From NCBI RefSeq assembly GCF_009914755.1, contig NC_060940.1: 64,000 bases of DNA. One strand, written 5' to 3'. Below are positions 49,924 through 64,000 of the stretch, one piece after another (the stretch's first letter is position 1; each line of letters starts with the position of its first letter). The notes under the pieces are model-generated. The model saw only the letters and a list, made by a program, of their open reading frames with translations. It was not told where the DNA came from and searched no databases. Both the position numbers and the translations under genes were made by a program. Origin of the DNA: the human T2T-CHM13v2.0 reference genome, Homo sapiens.

Positions 49924-50238
49924 GGCTGGGCATGGTGGCTCAAGCCTGTAATCCCAGCACTTTGGGAGGCCGAGGCAGGCAGATCCCCTGAGGTCAGGGG
50001 TTCAAGACCAGCCTGACCAAAATGGCAAAATTCTGTTTCTACTAAAAATACAAAAATTAGCTGGGCGTGGTGGTGGGCACCTGTAGTCCCAGCTACTCAG
50101 GAGGCTGAGGCAGGAGAATTTCTTGAGCCCAACCCGGGAGGTGGAGGTTGCAGTGAGCTGAGATCATGCCATTGCACTCCAGCCTGGGCAACAGAGTGAA
50201 ACTGTCTCAGAAAAAAAAACAAAAACAAAAACAAAAAA
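49924..50238 (+). mobile_element. AluS
   Basis: Full dimer with (A5C)n tail. Confidence 0.95.
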
Positions 50239-51431
50239 CGCTTTCTCAGACCCCTGCAATTTTGATACCTGCTGCTTTTGCTCACTTTCCATAATTCAAA
50301 TCCCAGCCCAGGTACTTATGGAGAGATTAAAACAGTTCTCGTGAGCTGAGCAGCAGAATGTCCACATGGCATCAGAAAGTAAAAGGTGAAAAATGATCGG
50401 GTTACTGAGGAAATATGCACGTGTGGGCATTCACCACAGGCACCCTCTGTGTTAAGGCTCCTTGTATGTTTTAGCACCATGACCCTTTCCTGGGGATGCC
50501 CGAGAGGCAGGGAGCATTACAGGAAATCACATAGCTGGTGACAGGCTGAGCTATGTCTTGCAGCACCGTCAAACCAGGGGCCTTTTTGCTGCCTCCCCAT
50601 GTGTTATCCTGTCACTGCATTTCCTCTTCTGACCTCATAGCTGCTCCCAGGTGGCCTTGAGGACTTCTCTGCACTGATAGGTGGAGTCTTCCAGTTGAGT
50701 GATTGACAGGCATTCACAGGAGAACCAGCCCTGGAACGGCCCTCATGTTTATTTCCTCATTATTTTGATTCCGAGCTTTTGCAAATTGAGGACTCAGCAG
50801 AATGAGGATTAGGCAATTTTCTTTCCTCCTGTAATGTACTTTCTCCAAATTGCTTCTTTTGAGACAATTATTTGAGGCCTTTGAATTGCTTCTGTGGGCA
50901 GGCTGAGGGAGTCAGACAGCACATCTTCATTTTCACAGGTCTTAGGGCTTTCTCCCTACAAACACAGAAAGGGAAGGCAAGGAGAAAAGGAACACCACTC
51001 CTTGGACCACAGCAAGGGTCCCCCCCATGCAAATCTTCTAAGAAACATGCATCAAGCTCCTCTGTACTCATTCATATGACACCCTCACCCTCTGAAATGA
51101 GCACTATCATTTCCTTGTCTCACTTAAGGAAACTGAGGCTCACAGAGGTGAAATAAAATTTCAGGTAACAGAGCAAGGGCTCACATCTCTCCATCCTTCA
51201 CTGATGTCTCCTTCCTTTGAACTCTCAGAGTATAAATTGCCTGTCTTTTCATTTGGCACTTGCTAAAAAATGTAACCTTCTCTTTTATTTAACTGCATAG
51301 AAGAGGCAGCAGAACATAGAGAAGAAAACAATAAGCTCTAGAATTGGGGAGATGTAGGTTTGAATTCTGGTTCCACCTCCTGTTAGCTGGGAGAATCTAT
51401 TAGTTATTTAGCCTCTGAGCTTGTTTCTTTT

Positions 51432-52027
51432 TGTTGGGGCTCAGAAACCAATACCCCCAAATACTGCGCTTTGATGTACTGAACTAAAGAAGTAGCCTCA
51501 CGGTCTCTCTGACTTTCCCTCGTCCCAACTCTCCATCCTCTGTCTCTCCCAAAGCACAGGATAAAGTTGTTCTCTGAAGTTCTCTTATCTACCTAGAAAC
51601 CAGACCTGCCAAAAACACAACTGTCTTCCCCAAGTTTTCACAGTCTTAACTTATATTGCAGAAGGAAAGATGGAAGTCTGTTAATACACCTGCACAGACT
51701 TTCGTCACCAGCCATTGGCTGCGCTGTGGGCCCAAGAGACTTTGTCTGAGGCCGTTGTGTGTTCTCCAACTCCATTCATTTCCCCCTAAACATCATTCAC
51801 TGTCCCTCAAATTGCCACACTTCCCCCATCTCCTCTTCCCCTATGAAGAGTATATAAACATCTGTGCCCCACCGGGTTATTCGGTAATCATTCTCCTGCA
51901 ATTTTCCCACACTATGCATGTTAAAATACAATTCTGCATACCTTTTCTTCTCTTAATCTGCCTTTGGTCTGTTGATTTTCAGTGAACAATCAGAGAGTAA
52001 AGGGGAAGTTTTCCTCTGCCCCCTACA
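51432..52027 (+). mobile_element. MER39-family ERV1 solo LTR inserted in a MIR (51300-51431 and 52033-52150)
   Basis: TGTTGGGGCTCAGAAACCAATACCCC...CCCCTACA; flanking CTTTT repeat; removing it restores MIR CTCTGAGCTTGTTTCTTTTCTGTAAAATGGGG. Confidence 0.85.
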
Positions 52028-52189
52028 CTTTTCTGTAAAATGGGGGAAAAAGGAGTACTTATTTCATGGAGTTCTTTTGGGGAGGATATATTTAAAGTAG
52101 TTAGAGCAGTTCCTGCACATTGTCAGTGCCTACTAGAGCTTAGCCTGCCTTGTTTGTGTTGGCTTGAATTCCTACTTTGATATTTTTCA

Positions 52190-52630
52190 ACAGTACCCTG
52201 AGATGCACTACAGAATCTTTCTGAGACTTGATTTCCCCAACTCTAAAAAGTGCGCTTATATTACCTACATCATAGGGCCGTGGTGAGGATTAGCAAGACA
52301 GTAACTGGGAAGTGTTTAGCACGGAGCCTAGTGCTTAGTGATTATTTAATACTGCTGTTATTGCTGTTATTGCGAATACTTAGCACTGTGCTGGGGAGGT
52401 GTACCTAGGAAACTAGCATGTATTAAAGACCGACTTTTTATTCATATTTTATCTAATCCTCACAGCAACCCAAGAGGGAAATGCTATGATTATGCCCTGT
52501 GTGTTTACAGATGATGATCTGAGGCTCAAAGAAATGAGGTAACTAATGGAAATGCAGCACTAGGAAATGATGGAGCCCAGTTTGTCCCGAGGTCTATCTG
52601 ACTCTAAAGACCTTGGTCCCTGCACCTCAA
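52190..52630. mobile_element. Two MIRs tail-to-tail (+ then -)
   Basis: ACCTACATCATAGGGCCGTGGTGAGGATTA; then TAATCCTCACAGCAACCC...TTTACAGATGATGATCTGAGGCTCA. Confidence 0.75.
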
Positions 52631-52811
52631 CACAAGGACGGGGCTTTCACAACTGGGTGAGGAAGGAGAGGAGGGAAGCAGGGAGCCCAGAAGAGCTGCA
52701 GACGAGTCAAGCAGAGGCAGCTCCTGTAGCTACACCCTCGTGTCAGCAAGGAGGACCTCAACTGCTCTGGGAAACTGCCTGATCTATGATATTTAAAATG
52801 CCTTCTTCATT

Positions 52812-53384
<573 letters not shown>

Positions 53385-53799
53385 CTACAGACTCTTAGGA
53401 GCATAGCATGTAGAGGAAGTACCTGGCTTCCAAGGCTCAGCTGGAATCAGGAAGAAGGTGTTCGTTGGTGGGCTGGCCCCTGTGGAGATGTCTTTCTTCA
53501 GTGAGCACCTGCCCAATCCCCTTCCTCATTCCCTTCACACACCTGGCTTTGTGGTCACCTTTCCCTGCATGTTGGTCCGGCTTGTCCTGTCTTTCCAACA
53601 TTTGAATATGAAGAGCAGGGACAAGTGAAGGGTTGAGTTCATGGCTTTGTGTGCTTTCTTTACAGTCTCTCTATAAATGAATCCATTCAGAGAGTTCTGG
53701 CAACACTGTGAGCTCTCTTTGAAGTTCCCTTGCTCAAAAGGTCTAATCACTGTCTCACTACGTCTATGCACTATGCACTTGGTTATGTAGGGGAAAAGG

Positions 53800-54030
53800 G
53801 CTTAATGACACACATGGGACCTCTTCTTCATACCAGGTCTTTGGTTAGCATATTTAATCCTCACAGCAACACTATGGAAGGAGGGCTTTATAATCCCCAG
53901 TTAACGGTAAGGCAATTGGGTTTTGGAGAAGCAAAGTGACATGTCCTAGGTCACACAGCTGGTAAAGAAAAGATGCATGACTAGAACCTAGGTATATATG
54001 ATTCCTGACCCTGTGCCCTGGCTACCGTGC
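53800..54030 (-). mobile_element. MIR SINE
   Basis: TTTAATCCTCACAGCAACACTATG...GGTCACACAGCTGGTAA...CTAGAACCTAGG. Confidence 0.8.
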
Positions 54031-54479
54031 CAGCCTGGGAAATTATGGGGCTTTGAGATGAAAATAATTGACCAGACAGCCAAAAGAACATGGGGGTAGA
54101 TGTCACAGCTGTCATGACCAGTGGCCTCTGGTGAATAGCATTATACAAATGTAGAAATGGTTTGCTCTGAGGCTGAGATGAGTCAAGATCTGGAGAAACA
54201 GTCTTGATCTACAGTGGTCAGTTGCCTGTGCTGGGTACTACTGAGGACAGCTGCCCAGGAATGGAGGCACTGAGTGGTGCAAAATCCGAGGATACGGGAC
54301 ACCAGGGGAATCCACCTTTCGGAGCCTGCCCTTTCACAAAGGAGCGGCTGCGTGCTCCCAGCCCACTTACCAGGCTGTGTCATGCTGAAGTATAAGCAGC
54401 TCCGGAAATACCCCATTGTGTCTTGTCTCCGCTGGGCCTTGGCACAAGCTGGTCTTCCTTGCTGGAGGACGCCTCTCTG

Positions 54480-54743
54480 CCTGGCTGATTCTCATTCACC
54501 CAAGACGAAGGCTGGAGATATTTAGTATCTCCTTTGATTGGTAACTGGTTCTAGAACCTGTGATTGAGGAACAGGTAGGGGAAGGGGTAGAGATTCACTG
54601 CTTTCCTGAGAGTTCTATAAATCCTGAGTAACTTGGGATCTGATGTAGGAGGCAAACATTGTGGAGACTCAGAGTTGGGAGACGAAAGTATGGAAGTAGC
54701 TGGGGCAGCTGGGGGCTTAGGTGGCTCCACTGGAGGTGATTGT
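54480..54743 (+). repeat. Local direct duplication, copy A
   Basis: Aligns to 55589-55867 (e.g. GATTCACTGCTTTCCTGAGAGT.CTATAAATCCTGAGTAACTTGGGATCTGATGT in both). Confidence 0.93.
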
Positions 54744-54949
54744 ATATTATCATGTGTTTTAAGAATAAGACAAAGTTTTGAATTGTAGCTTAAAGATACA
54801 AATCTCAATCTCTGCTTTTGCTATTGATTTGAATTTAAAAAAGTAGGATGTTGGGTTTTGGTCAGAGGACTGAGTCTGCATAGGGAAACATTTTGAGATA
54901 ATTCTTCTCTGTGGGCCAGAGGTCCTCCATAAAACTTTTGTAGAGGTTC

Positions 54950-55480
54950 CCATAGTGCTGTGGGTAAGTAGACTCCGAGGTCAGAAGACTAGGGCTGGAA
55001 TCCCTGCTTCTCTGCTCATCAGCCATAAGTCCTTGGACCAGATACTTAGCTGTTCTGGACCTCAGTGACCTCTTCTCTAAAATGGGCATATTGATGCCTA
55101 CCTCGTGGGATCATTACAGGAAAGAATAGAAGGCATGTTAAATGCTTAGCTTAGCGCCTAGCATTCGGTAATGTGATCATTAAATGTCAGCTTTTGTTAT
55201 TTTTAATACTTTTAAAAGCTCAGGTTTTGGAATCAACACAGATACGTGTTTCAAAAAAGCATTGTCATTTGCCTGACAATGGAAGGGTAAATTAATTAAA
55301 CACTCTGAGCCTCAGTCTTTCTCCTTGCAAAATAATAGCAGCAACAATGAGGAGGACAACAACCACATAACGCATCAGGATCTTGTAAATTTCAATGAAA
55401 GGTAAGGCCTGTGAAGTGATTAGAAAACTGGTAAACATTCAATACATAACTTGTATTATTTTTTCTTATTCTCTTGGTCT
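54950..55480 (+). mobile_element. Two MIRs between the duplicated copies
   Basis: GACCTCAGTGACCTCTTCTCTAAAATGGG; CTCTGAGCCTCAGTCTTTCTCCTTGCAAAAT. Confidence 0.75.
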
Positions 55481-55588
55481 TACTGGTGAAGGGCCATTGT
55501 CTGCTTCTGTGAAAGTACAGAGAGTCCAGTAAATCTTTAGAAAATATGCAAGCTTGACTGGTCTGTGTTCTCAACACTGTCTGAAGAA

Positions 55589-55867
55589 CCTGGCTGAGTC
55601 CTACTCACCCAAGACAAAGGCTGGAGATATTTGGTATCTTCCTTTGATTGGTAACTGGTTCCGGAACCTGTGATTGAGTAATACGTAGAGAAAGGGGGAG
55701 TGATTCACTGCTTTCCTGAGAGTCCTATAAATCCTGAGTAACTTGGGATCTGATGTGGGATGCTGAGAGGAGGAGGCAAGCATCGTTGAGACTCAGAGTT
55801 GGGAGGTGGAAGTATGGAAACAGCTGGGGCTTTTGGGGGCTTAAATAGCTCTGTCGGAGGGTACTGT
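55589..55867 (+). repeat. Local direct duplication, copy B
   Basis: Paralogous to 54480-54743, with a ~14-nt indel after GATCTGATGTGGGA. Confidence 0.93.
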
Positions 55868-56079
55868 GAGACCTGGGCCCTGAGGGGTTATGATGGCAGC
55901 AACCAAGACAACGTCTGTAAAATACAGAGCATGATCCATTTGCAGCAGGCACCTCAGCAGGGGTCCAGGGGAGCTGGGAGCGGGATCATGGTTCTGAGTG
56001 CACAAAAGGGAAGGCTGATTAGAGGAAGTTCTGCCCATTTTCCTGCTATTTCCCAGACATTCCAGGACCAAGAGTCACT

Positions 56080-56086
56080 TTTATTT

Positions 56087-56129
<43 letters not shown>

Positions 56130-56422
56130 TTTTGAAGCAGAATCTCGCTCTGTTACGCAGGCTGGAGTGCAGTGGTGCAATCTCAGCTCACTAAAACCTC
56201 TGCCTCCCAAGTTCAAGCGATTCTGCTGCCTCAGCTACCAGAGTAGAGTAGCTGGGATTACAGGTGTGCACCTCCACACCCAGGTAATTTTTGTATTTTT
56301 AGTAGAGAAGGGGTTTCATCATTTTGGCCAGGCTGGTCTTGAGCTCCTGACCTCTGGTGATCTGCCCCCCTTGGCCTCCCAAAGTAGTGTGAGATTACAG
56401 GCATGAGTCACCATGCTCAGCC
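56080..56422 (-). mobile_element. AluS with (TTTA)n tail
   Basis: Perfect TSD AAGAGTCACTTTTA (56070-56083 / 56423-56436). Confidence 0.96.
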
Positions 56423-57309
56423 AAGAGTCACTTTTAAAGGAAAGAAAAATCCTATTGGAGTAATGGAGAGTCTCATCAGGAAGAACAGAGCTTCAGCATA
56501 AATATAGACTGAGTTTCTATGGAGTTCCCTGTCATCTGTTTATGGGTGAGGGCACATGATGGGGTGAGGTTTATTTTATCTTTAAGGGGCGTGGACCCAA
56601 CAGACCTGCTCTAATGCAATTATTTTTGAAATACCCTTGAGGATTTGATATTTACAGCTCAACGTCTGAAATGAGCCAAGGGTATTGATAAGACTGTGTG
56701 TGTATGTGTGTTGTGTATACTAAGTTATTTTCAATTCCTGCTCCCTCGAGCCTCTCCTTTCTTGGCAGGAGCCCTTGGAGGCCACTTGGCAGATGGCAGC
56801 TGGCCCATAGCTGCAAAGATCTGTCAGTCATGAGGCACCTCAGGGCTGGTATGTTTCACCAGGGCCCTTCTACCATCTCTGGGTGATTGGGTCCAGGAAG
56901 CTCCAGAGAAAAATTTAAAAATAAAAAACAGACTCAGGCACACTGTAGGTTCTTTAACTGAAATGTTTTCAGAAGCTGCTTAGGTGGCTTCTAGCTCAAA
57001 TGGCAATAACAGTGATAATAATTGTTAGAGGACAGTGATTTTTCCCCTTTTCGTAACAGTGCCACCCCAGAATAGCAGGAAGTTCAAATACCTTGGAACT
57101 GAGTTTATTAGAGCCAAATGCATGCATTAAGGTCTGTCCCACATGAGTCTGGGAAGAATGGAAGGAAAGCCAAATTGAAACCTGCTAGGTTCAAGGGAGT
57201 AGAGCAGAACATTTCATAAACAAAATAAAATCTCACAGAATGGGATGCTCATAAGAGGGAACTGAAATCTCCAGAGGGCAGTGACTTTATAACAACAATG
57301 GTGATGATT

Positions 57310-58850
<1,541 letters not shown>

Positions 58851-58855
58851 CTAAA

Positions 58856-59141
58856 AATAGCAATAGCAGTGATTGTCATAGTAATAGTAGAAATAATAGT
58901 AATAATGGCATTAGTAGCAGTATTAGAATAGCAGTAGTAGTAGAAGAGGAGCAAGAAGAAACAGTGGTAGTAGGAGTAACAGCAGCAATAGTAGTTGTAG
59001 ACATAGTGGTAGTCATAACAGCAACAGCAGTAGTGGTAGCAGTAACAGCATCAGCAGCAGCAGAAGTAACAGTGGAAGTAGTAGTAGCAACGGCAGTAAT
59101 AATGTCAGTAGCTGCAGCAGCAGCAGGGGTAGGAGTAGTAA
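58856..59141. repeat. Imperfect (AGT/AGC/AAT)n trinucleotide low-complexity tract
   Basis: AGCAGTAGTAGTAG...GCAGCAGCAG; abuts an antisense MIR (59200-59390). Confidence 0.9.
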
Positions 59142-60174
59142 ATGCTTGGAGTTATTACCTGTTTGGTGTTCTTTAGAATATAGCAGTCTGTGTTTTTTTT
59201 TTTAAGCAGATTGAGTCACGTGACCACTTCATGCAACAGAAAGTGTAAGTTGCATTGTTCCCACTTTACAGATGAGGAAATGAAGAAATAGAAATGTTAG
59301 GTAGTCTTACTGAGAGAGAAGCTAGTTAGCAACAGGACTGGAGATAGAATTCTGGTCTCCTGAGTCCTCATTAAATATCATGTTCACCATTTAGATTTAC
59401 GGCATAGCATTTCAGAAGTTCCATGGTGTTTCCTACTGGAATGTAACTTCTGCAGGGCAGGGCTTTTGTCTATTCTGTCCACTGAGGGATCCTCAGTGCT
59501 TTGAGTGGTGCCTGGTGCATAGGAGGACTCACAGATTATAGGGACTCACAATGAACTAACGTTGGAAATGAATGAATGAATGAATGAAAGAACAAATCTT
59601 CCTCCCTAACTTGGGTATAACTTCAGGAATGTTTTATTGTTTTAATGGGTCTCACACCCCTGCCCAACCTTTCTCTTCCTGCGCTTGCAAACTTTATGTT
59701 GCAAATCTGTTTGGAAATATTAAAAAAATTAATCTAATAAAATAAAAAGATCTTGGCATTTTTCATATGTTCATATCATTAAAAGTCCACATCACAAGTT
59801 CCTGCTTTCACAATCAATATTCAAGAAGTAATTTAAATCTAGCTTCCTCCCCTTCCCCGATCATTCACATTCATTTGTATTAAAGGTCAACGTGGAAGTA
59901 ACTTTTTTTCCTAGGCCAGCCTGCCTGGAGAGAAGAGCTTTGAAATCATGCTGTGCCAAGGAGGGGCCAGCTATAGCTCCATGAATGATTCACTATGCTC
60001 TTTAGGAATATAATATTCTGCATCCCCTCCTGTATTTATGAATGTTTAGGTATAGCAAAAAGGCAGGATCATGTAATAAAAAGAGAACAGACTTGAGAAT
60101 CAGATAGACGTGAGTTAAAAACTCCATGTTCAGACCTTGGACAAGTCATCTTCTCTGGGTCTCAATTTCCCTAA

Positions 60175-60481
<307 letters not shown>

Positions 60482-61639
60482 AATTTCCCTAATCTTTAAG
60501 CAGAGATGGTAACTAGTACTCACATCTCAGGCATGTGGCTGGATTTACATAGGATAAGTTAAAACCTCAAAGCTCAAATGCCAGGAGTATATTAGGTAAT
60601 TCAGTCTTTGTAAGTTTCCTTTCTCCATACCTTGCAGAACCATTTACATAATGGAGGTGAAGCACCTTAGCAAGCTGTGCAGTGTTGTATCCTGTGGGGA
60701 GGTGCCTCTCTGTTTTTCTTCTCCTGGTGCTTCTTTACAAAATTCTGGGTTCCAACCATGTGGAACTACTGAGACTCCCAAATGCATTATGTTCCCCACA
60801 TTCCATCTGAGTGTCACATTCTCTCCATTGTTTAAGAGCCAGCTTAAGTGCATTCCTTCAATAATCTTCCTCTATATAGCATTCCCCCTTCCATCACGTT
60901 GGTTCTCCTTTCTTCTTCGGGCTCTCCACTAAAACCACACACCACCTTCATTATTCCTTATCACTTAATAACACATATATTTGCTTATATTCCTTCCTCT
61001 CCAACAAGAGTGAGTTCACCCAGGACAGGAACTTTGATTTATCTGGGATCTCCAGTGCTTAGCATATAATTGGAATTCTAGAATTATGTCTTGAGTCAAT
61101 AAATGTGATTATTATTACTATTATTATCAAATAAGAATTTTCTCTAAACTCAAGAAAAAAGAAAGCAATATCTCAGTCAAATCAATACAAAAGAAGCCTG
61201 AGTGTTATCATAAAATCCTTTGGAGAGTGGACCAGTCCTTGACCATATCCTAAGAACAATGGCGTTAAATGTAGCTATTACTTTGCCTTCTTCTGTTAAA
61301 ATTACTTATTCTCTCCTAAACTATTTTGCCTATCCATATTCTCTCTGTAGACACCCAGCATTCTTAAGTGAACCAATAGGGTTTATATGGACCCCTATGG
61401 TCAACAAAATAGTCACACAGAGATAATTTTTTTTTTAAAAAGTCATAGGTTGACTGCAAAACCTAGTAAGGTGGATAATTCCACATCATAACTTTATGCC
61501 CAGTGCACTCAGAGAAATTAATCATTCCATCTTGGTCCAGCACAGTCTGGCTTTCATGTCCATCATTTCAGTAGAAGCACTCCCACCAAGCCACCAATGC
61601 CTTCCTTGTTGAAAAGAGCATGGGTACTGTCATTCTCCT

Positions 61640-62186
61640 TCTTTTTTAAAAAAAAAATATTTCAGTAGTTTTTGGGGAACAGGTGGTTTTTGGTTATATG
61701 GAAAAGTTCTTTAGTGGTGATTTCTGAGATTTTGGTTCACCTCTCACCCAAGCAGTGTACACGATATCCAGTGTGTAGTCTTTTATTCCCCACCCTACTC
61801 CCTGCCTTCCCCCTGAGTCCCCAAAGTCCATCGTATCATTCTTATGCCTTTGCATCCTCATAGTTTAGCTCTCACTTATGAGAACGTATGATACTTGATT
61901 TTCCATTCCTGAATTGCTTCACTTAGAATAACAATCTCCAACTTCATCCAAGGTACTGCAAGTGTCAATATTTCGTTTATTTTTATGGTTGAGTAGTATT
62001 CCATGGTGTATATATACCGCATTTTTTTTATCCATTCATTGGTTGATGTGCATTTAGGTTGGTTCCATATTTTTGCAATTGCAAATCGTGCTGCTATAAA
62101 CATGCGTGTGCAAGTGTCTTTTTTCATATGACTTATTTTCTTTTGGGTAGATACCCAGTAGTGGGATTGCTGGATTAAATGGTAGT
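61640..62186 (-). mobile_element. L1PB-like 3' end
   Basis: TTTTTGGGGAACAGGTGGTTTTTGGTTATATGG...CCTGAGTCCCCAAAGTCCAT...GTAGATACCCAGTAGTGGGATTGCTGG. Confidence 0.9.
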
Positions 62187-62603
62187 CCTTCCTCTTTGCA
62201 GAATTTTCCAGATTTGACCATTCTTTCCTTCCTGAAGAACTCCCCATCATCTTGACTTCTGTATAGCAGTAAATTAGAGTGGTTGAGGCCATTTGATATG
62301 GAGTCAGAAAGTCTGAGAGCAACGCCTTGCACCCCTCCTACTGAGTGTGCAATCCTGAGCAAATTACTCCAGCAGTGTAAGCCTCAGTTTCTCCAACTGT
62401 AAGGAGAAGACAGGAGTTACACCCACTTCAAATAATATAAAAATAATCTTTGCAAGTCTCATTGCATAGTGACCAGCACAAAGAGCATTCCGTGAAAGCG
62501 CCATTATCAGCACATTCTCCTGGTGTTTGACTGACAGGCTTATGTTTCTCAGCCTGTTTTCCTGGCTTCCACTCTTCTGCTCTTTACTTAAAAACTGTTT
62601 CTT

Positions 62604-62899
62604 GGCTAGGTGTGGTGACTTTTGCCTGTAATCTTAGCACTTTGAGAGGCGGAGGTGGGAGGATTGCTTGAGAACAGGAGTTCGAGACCAGCCTAGGCAA
62701 CATAGAGAGGCCTCATCTCTACTAAAAATCACAAAAATTAGCCAGGTGTGGTGGCATGCACCTGTGGTGCCAGCTACTCAGGAGGCTAAGGTGGGAGGAT
62801 TGCTTGAGCCTGGGAGGTCAAGGCTGCAGTAAGCCATAATTGTGCCACTGCACTCCAGCCTGGGTGACAGAGCAAGACCTTGTCTCAGAAACACAAAAG
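62604..62899 (+). mobile_element. AluJ
   Basis: GGATTGCTTGAG in both arms, GGTCAAGGCTGCAGT. Confidence 0.93.
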
Positions 62900-63549
62900 A
62901 CTGTGTTTCTCCAGGGCTCTTTCACATACCCTCTTTCGTTTTCGAGCTATGCATTCTGACTAGGAAGACTCCATAGCCTCAGGTATTATTTTTGAGCTGG
63001 AGAGTTTCCTCCTTTTGTACCTCCAGTCTCAATTTTTCTTTTGAGTGCCACACTCAAATGATGCCGTATCTCCTCTGGGATATCTCCCAGGGAACTCAGA
63101 CTCACTCTGCCTCACGTTGAGTGCACAGCCTTCTCCTGAAACCCAAACTTCATTTGGCATCCACTATCTCATGATCCATTAGGTGCTCAAGCCAGAGTCT
63201 TCCTCACCTTCCCAGCCAGTTATTCATTGTGTCCTGCTGTTTTAAACTATCCACTTCGTCTGTTTCCACTGCATCCCCATCCTTCTGGTTGAGATGTCTC
63301 CAATAGCCTCCTAATTGGTCTCCCTGCTGCCATGTTTGCTCACCCCCACTTCATCACCCAGCGGGAGTGATGCTTTCACAGTGTTGGTCAGACCATGCAA
63401 CTCCCCTGCCTAAATCACTGCAATAAATTCCCCTTATTCCGAGAATAAAATCTCAATTCCTTCCTTTGGCGCAGTGGATGTTGTGGTGTGCTGCCCTGAC
63501 CTTCCTACAAGACTAAGACATTTATTTCCCCAGTGCCTGGGAGTGTAGG

Positions 63550-64000
63550 TGAAGCCGTCCCTGTGAACTTTATAGAATTAATCAGGGAAGAAAGAAAGGG
63601 AGAAACATAGTAGATGAAGTTTGCAGCACACTCAGCTTTAATCATGAGGTTAGTTTGCCCTCTGACCTGCTTCCTCATAGTTTGGTGCTTATTGTCCTGG
63701 AATCATGTAGACCCTGTTACAAGATTATAGCTCTCCTTAACTACTCTGCAGGTAACAACTTGAACATTATAAAATGTTATGTTTTCCCTTTGAGATATTC
63801 TTTCAGGTCCTACATACCAGTGAAACTACTGTTTTCAGCTGGTCTGGAGGAACCCATGAGAAGCTGATTCACCAAGGAATGCAGTTGCCATGTCCTGATG
63901 ATTTCCTTCTATTTGCCCCAACCAATCAATGACCCCAAATTTCCAGCCCCTCAGCCTCCATAATCCCCTTAAAACCTCCAGCCCAGAATTCCTTGGGGAG
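63550..64000 (+). mobile_element. ERV1 LTR (LTR26-like), runs off the window; inserted in an LTR33-like start (63480-63549)
   Basis: TGAAGCCGTCCCTGTGAACTTTATAGAATTAATCAGGGAAG...CTCTGACCTGCTTCCTCATAGTT...CCAACCAATCA. Confidence 0.75.

Larger units (their letters stand above)
61520..63470 (+). mobile_element. Fragmented L2 hosting L1PB, MIR (62265-62510) and AluJ
   Basis: CAGTCTGGCTTTCATG, ACCTCCAGTCTC...CTCAGACTCA, CAATAGCCTCCTAATTGGTCTCCCTGC. Confidence 0.65.

Noticed and set aside
54555-54650. Possible C/D-box snoRNA pair in the duplicated module (GTGATTGA ... CTGA)
   Set aside because: Box C deviates from RTGATGA, the terminal stem is weak, and I recognise no guide sequence; needs Rfam/snoscan

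Overview
Primate (human-like) non-coding genomic DNA, judged from AluY/S/J, L1PA/PB/MA, L2, MIR, MLT1, hAT-Charlie (MER5/3/20/53/102) and ERV1 solo LTRs. I found no protein-coding exon, RNA gene, CpG island or CRISPR array. The long ORFs in the track are explained by simple repeats, Alu or decayed L1 ORF2. The window looks like intergenic or deep-intronic DNA: dense ancient repeats separated by unique islands, several rich in homeodomain/FOX/POU/TCF motifs (candidate enhancers, inference only). The most unusual item is a 204-bp GC-rich insert of about 2.6 copies of a 77-79 bp unit (44871-45074). It sits cleanly inside an old L1MA 3' UTR and closely resembles the 79-bp repeat of the human IgH gamma class-switch (S-gamma) regions, so it may be an orphan switch-region fragment outside IGH. 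Each full unit also carries a CTCF-like motif and a 5' splice-site motif. Other points of note: a twin-priming-type inverted L1MA (40783-45273), a ~265-bp unique module duplicated 1.1 kb apart with an identity gradient (54480-55867), a MER61-like LTR whose p53-type site appears converted to an octamer, a head-to-head MER4A/LTR8 fusion, and several long structured tandem repeats. Repeat family names come from recalled consensus sequences rather than a search. Boundaries without a stated TSD are approximate.
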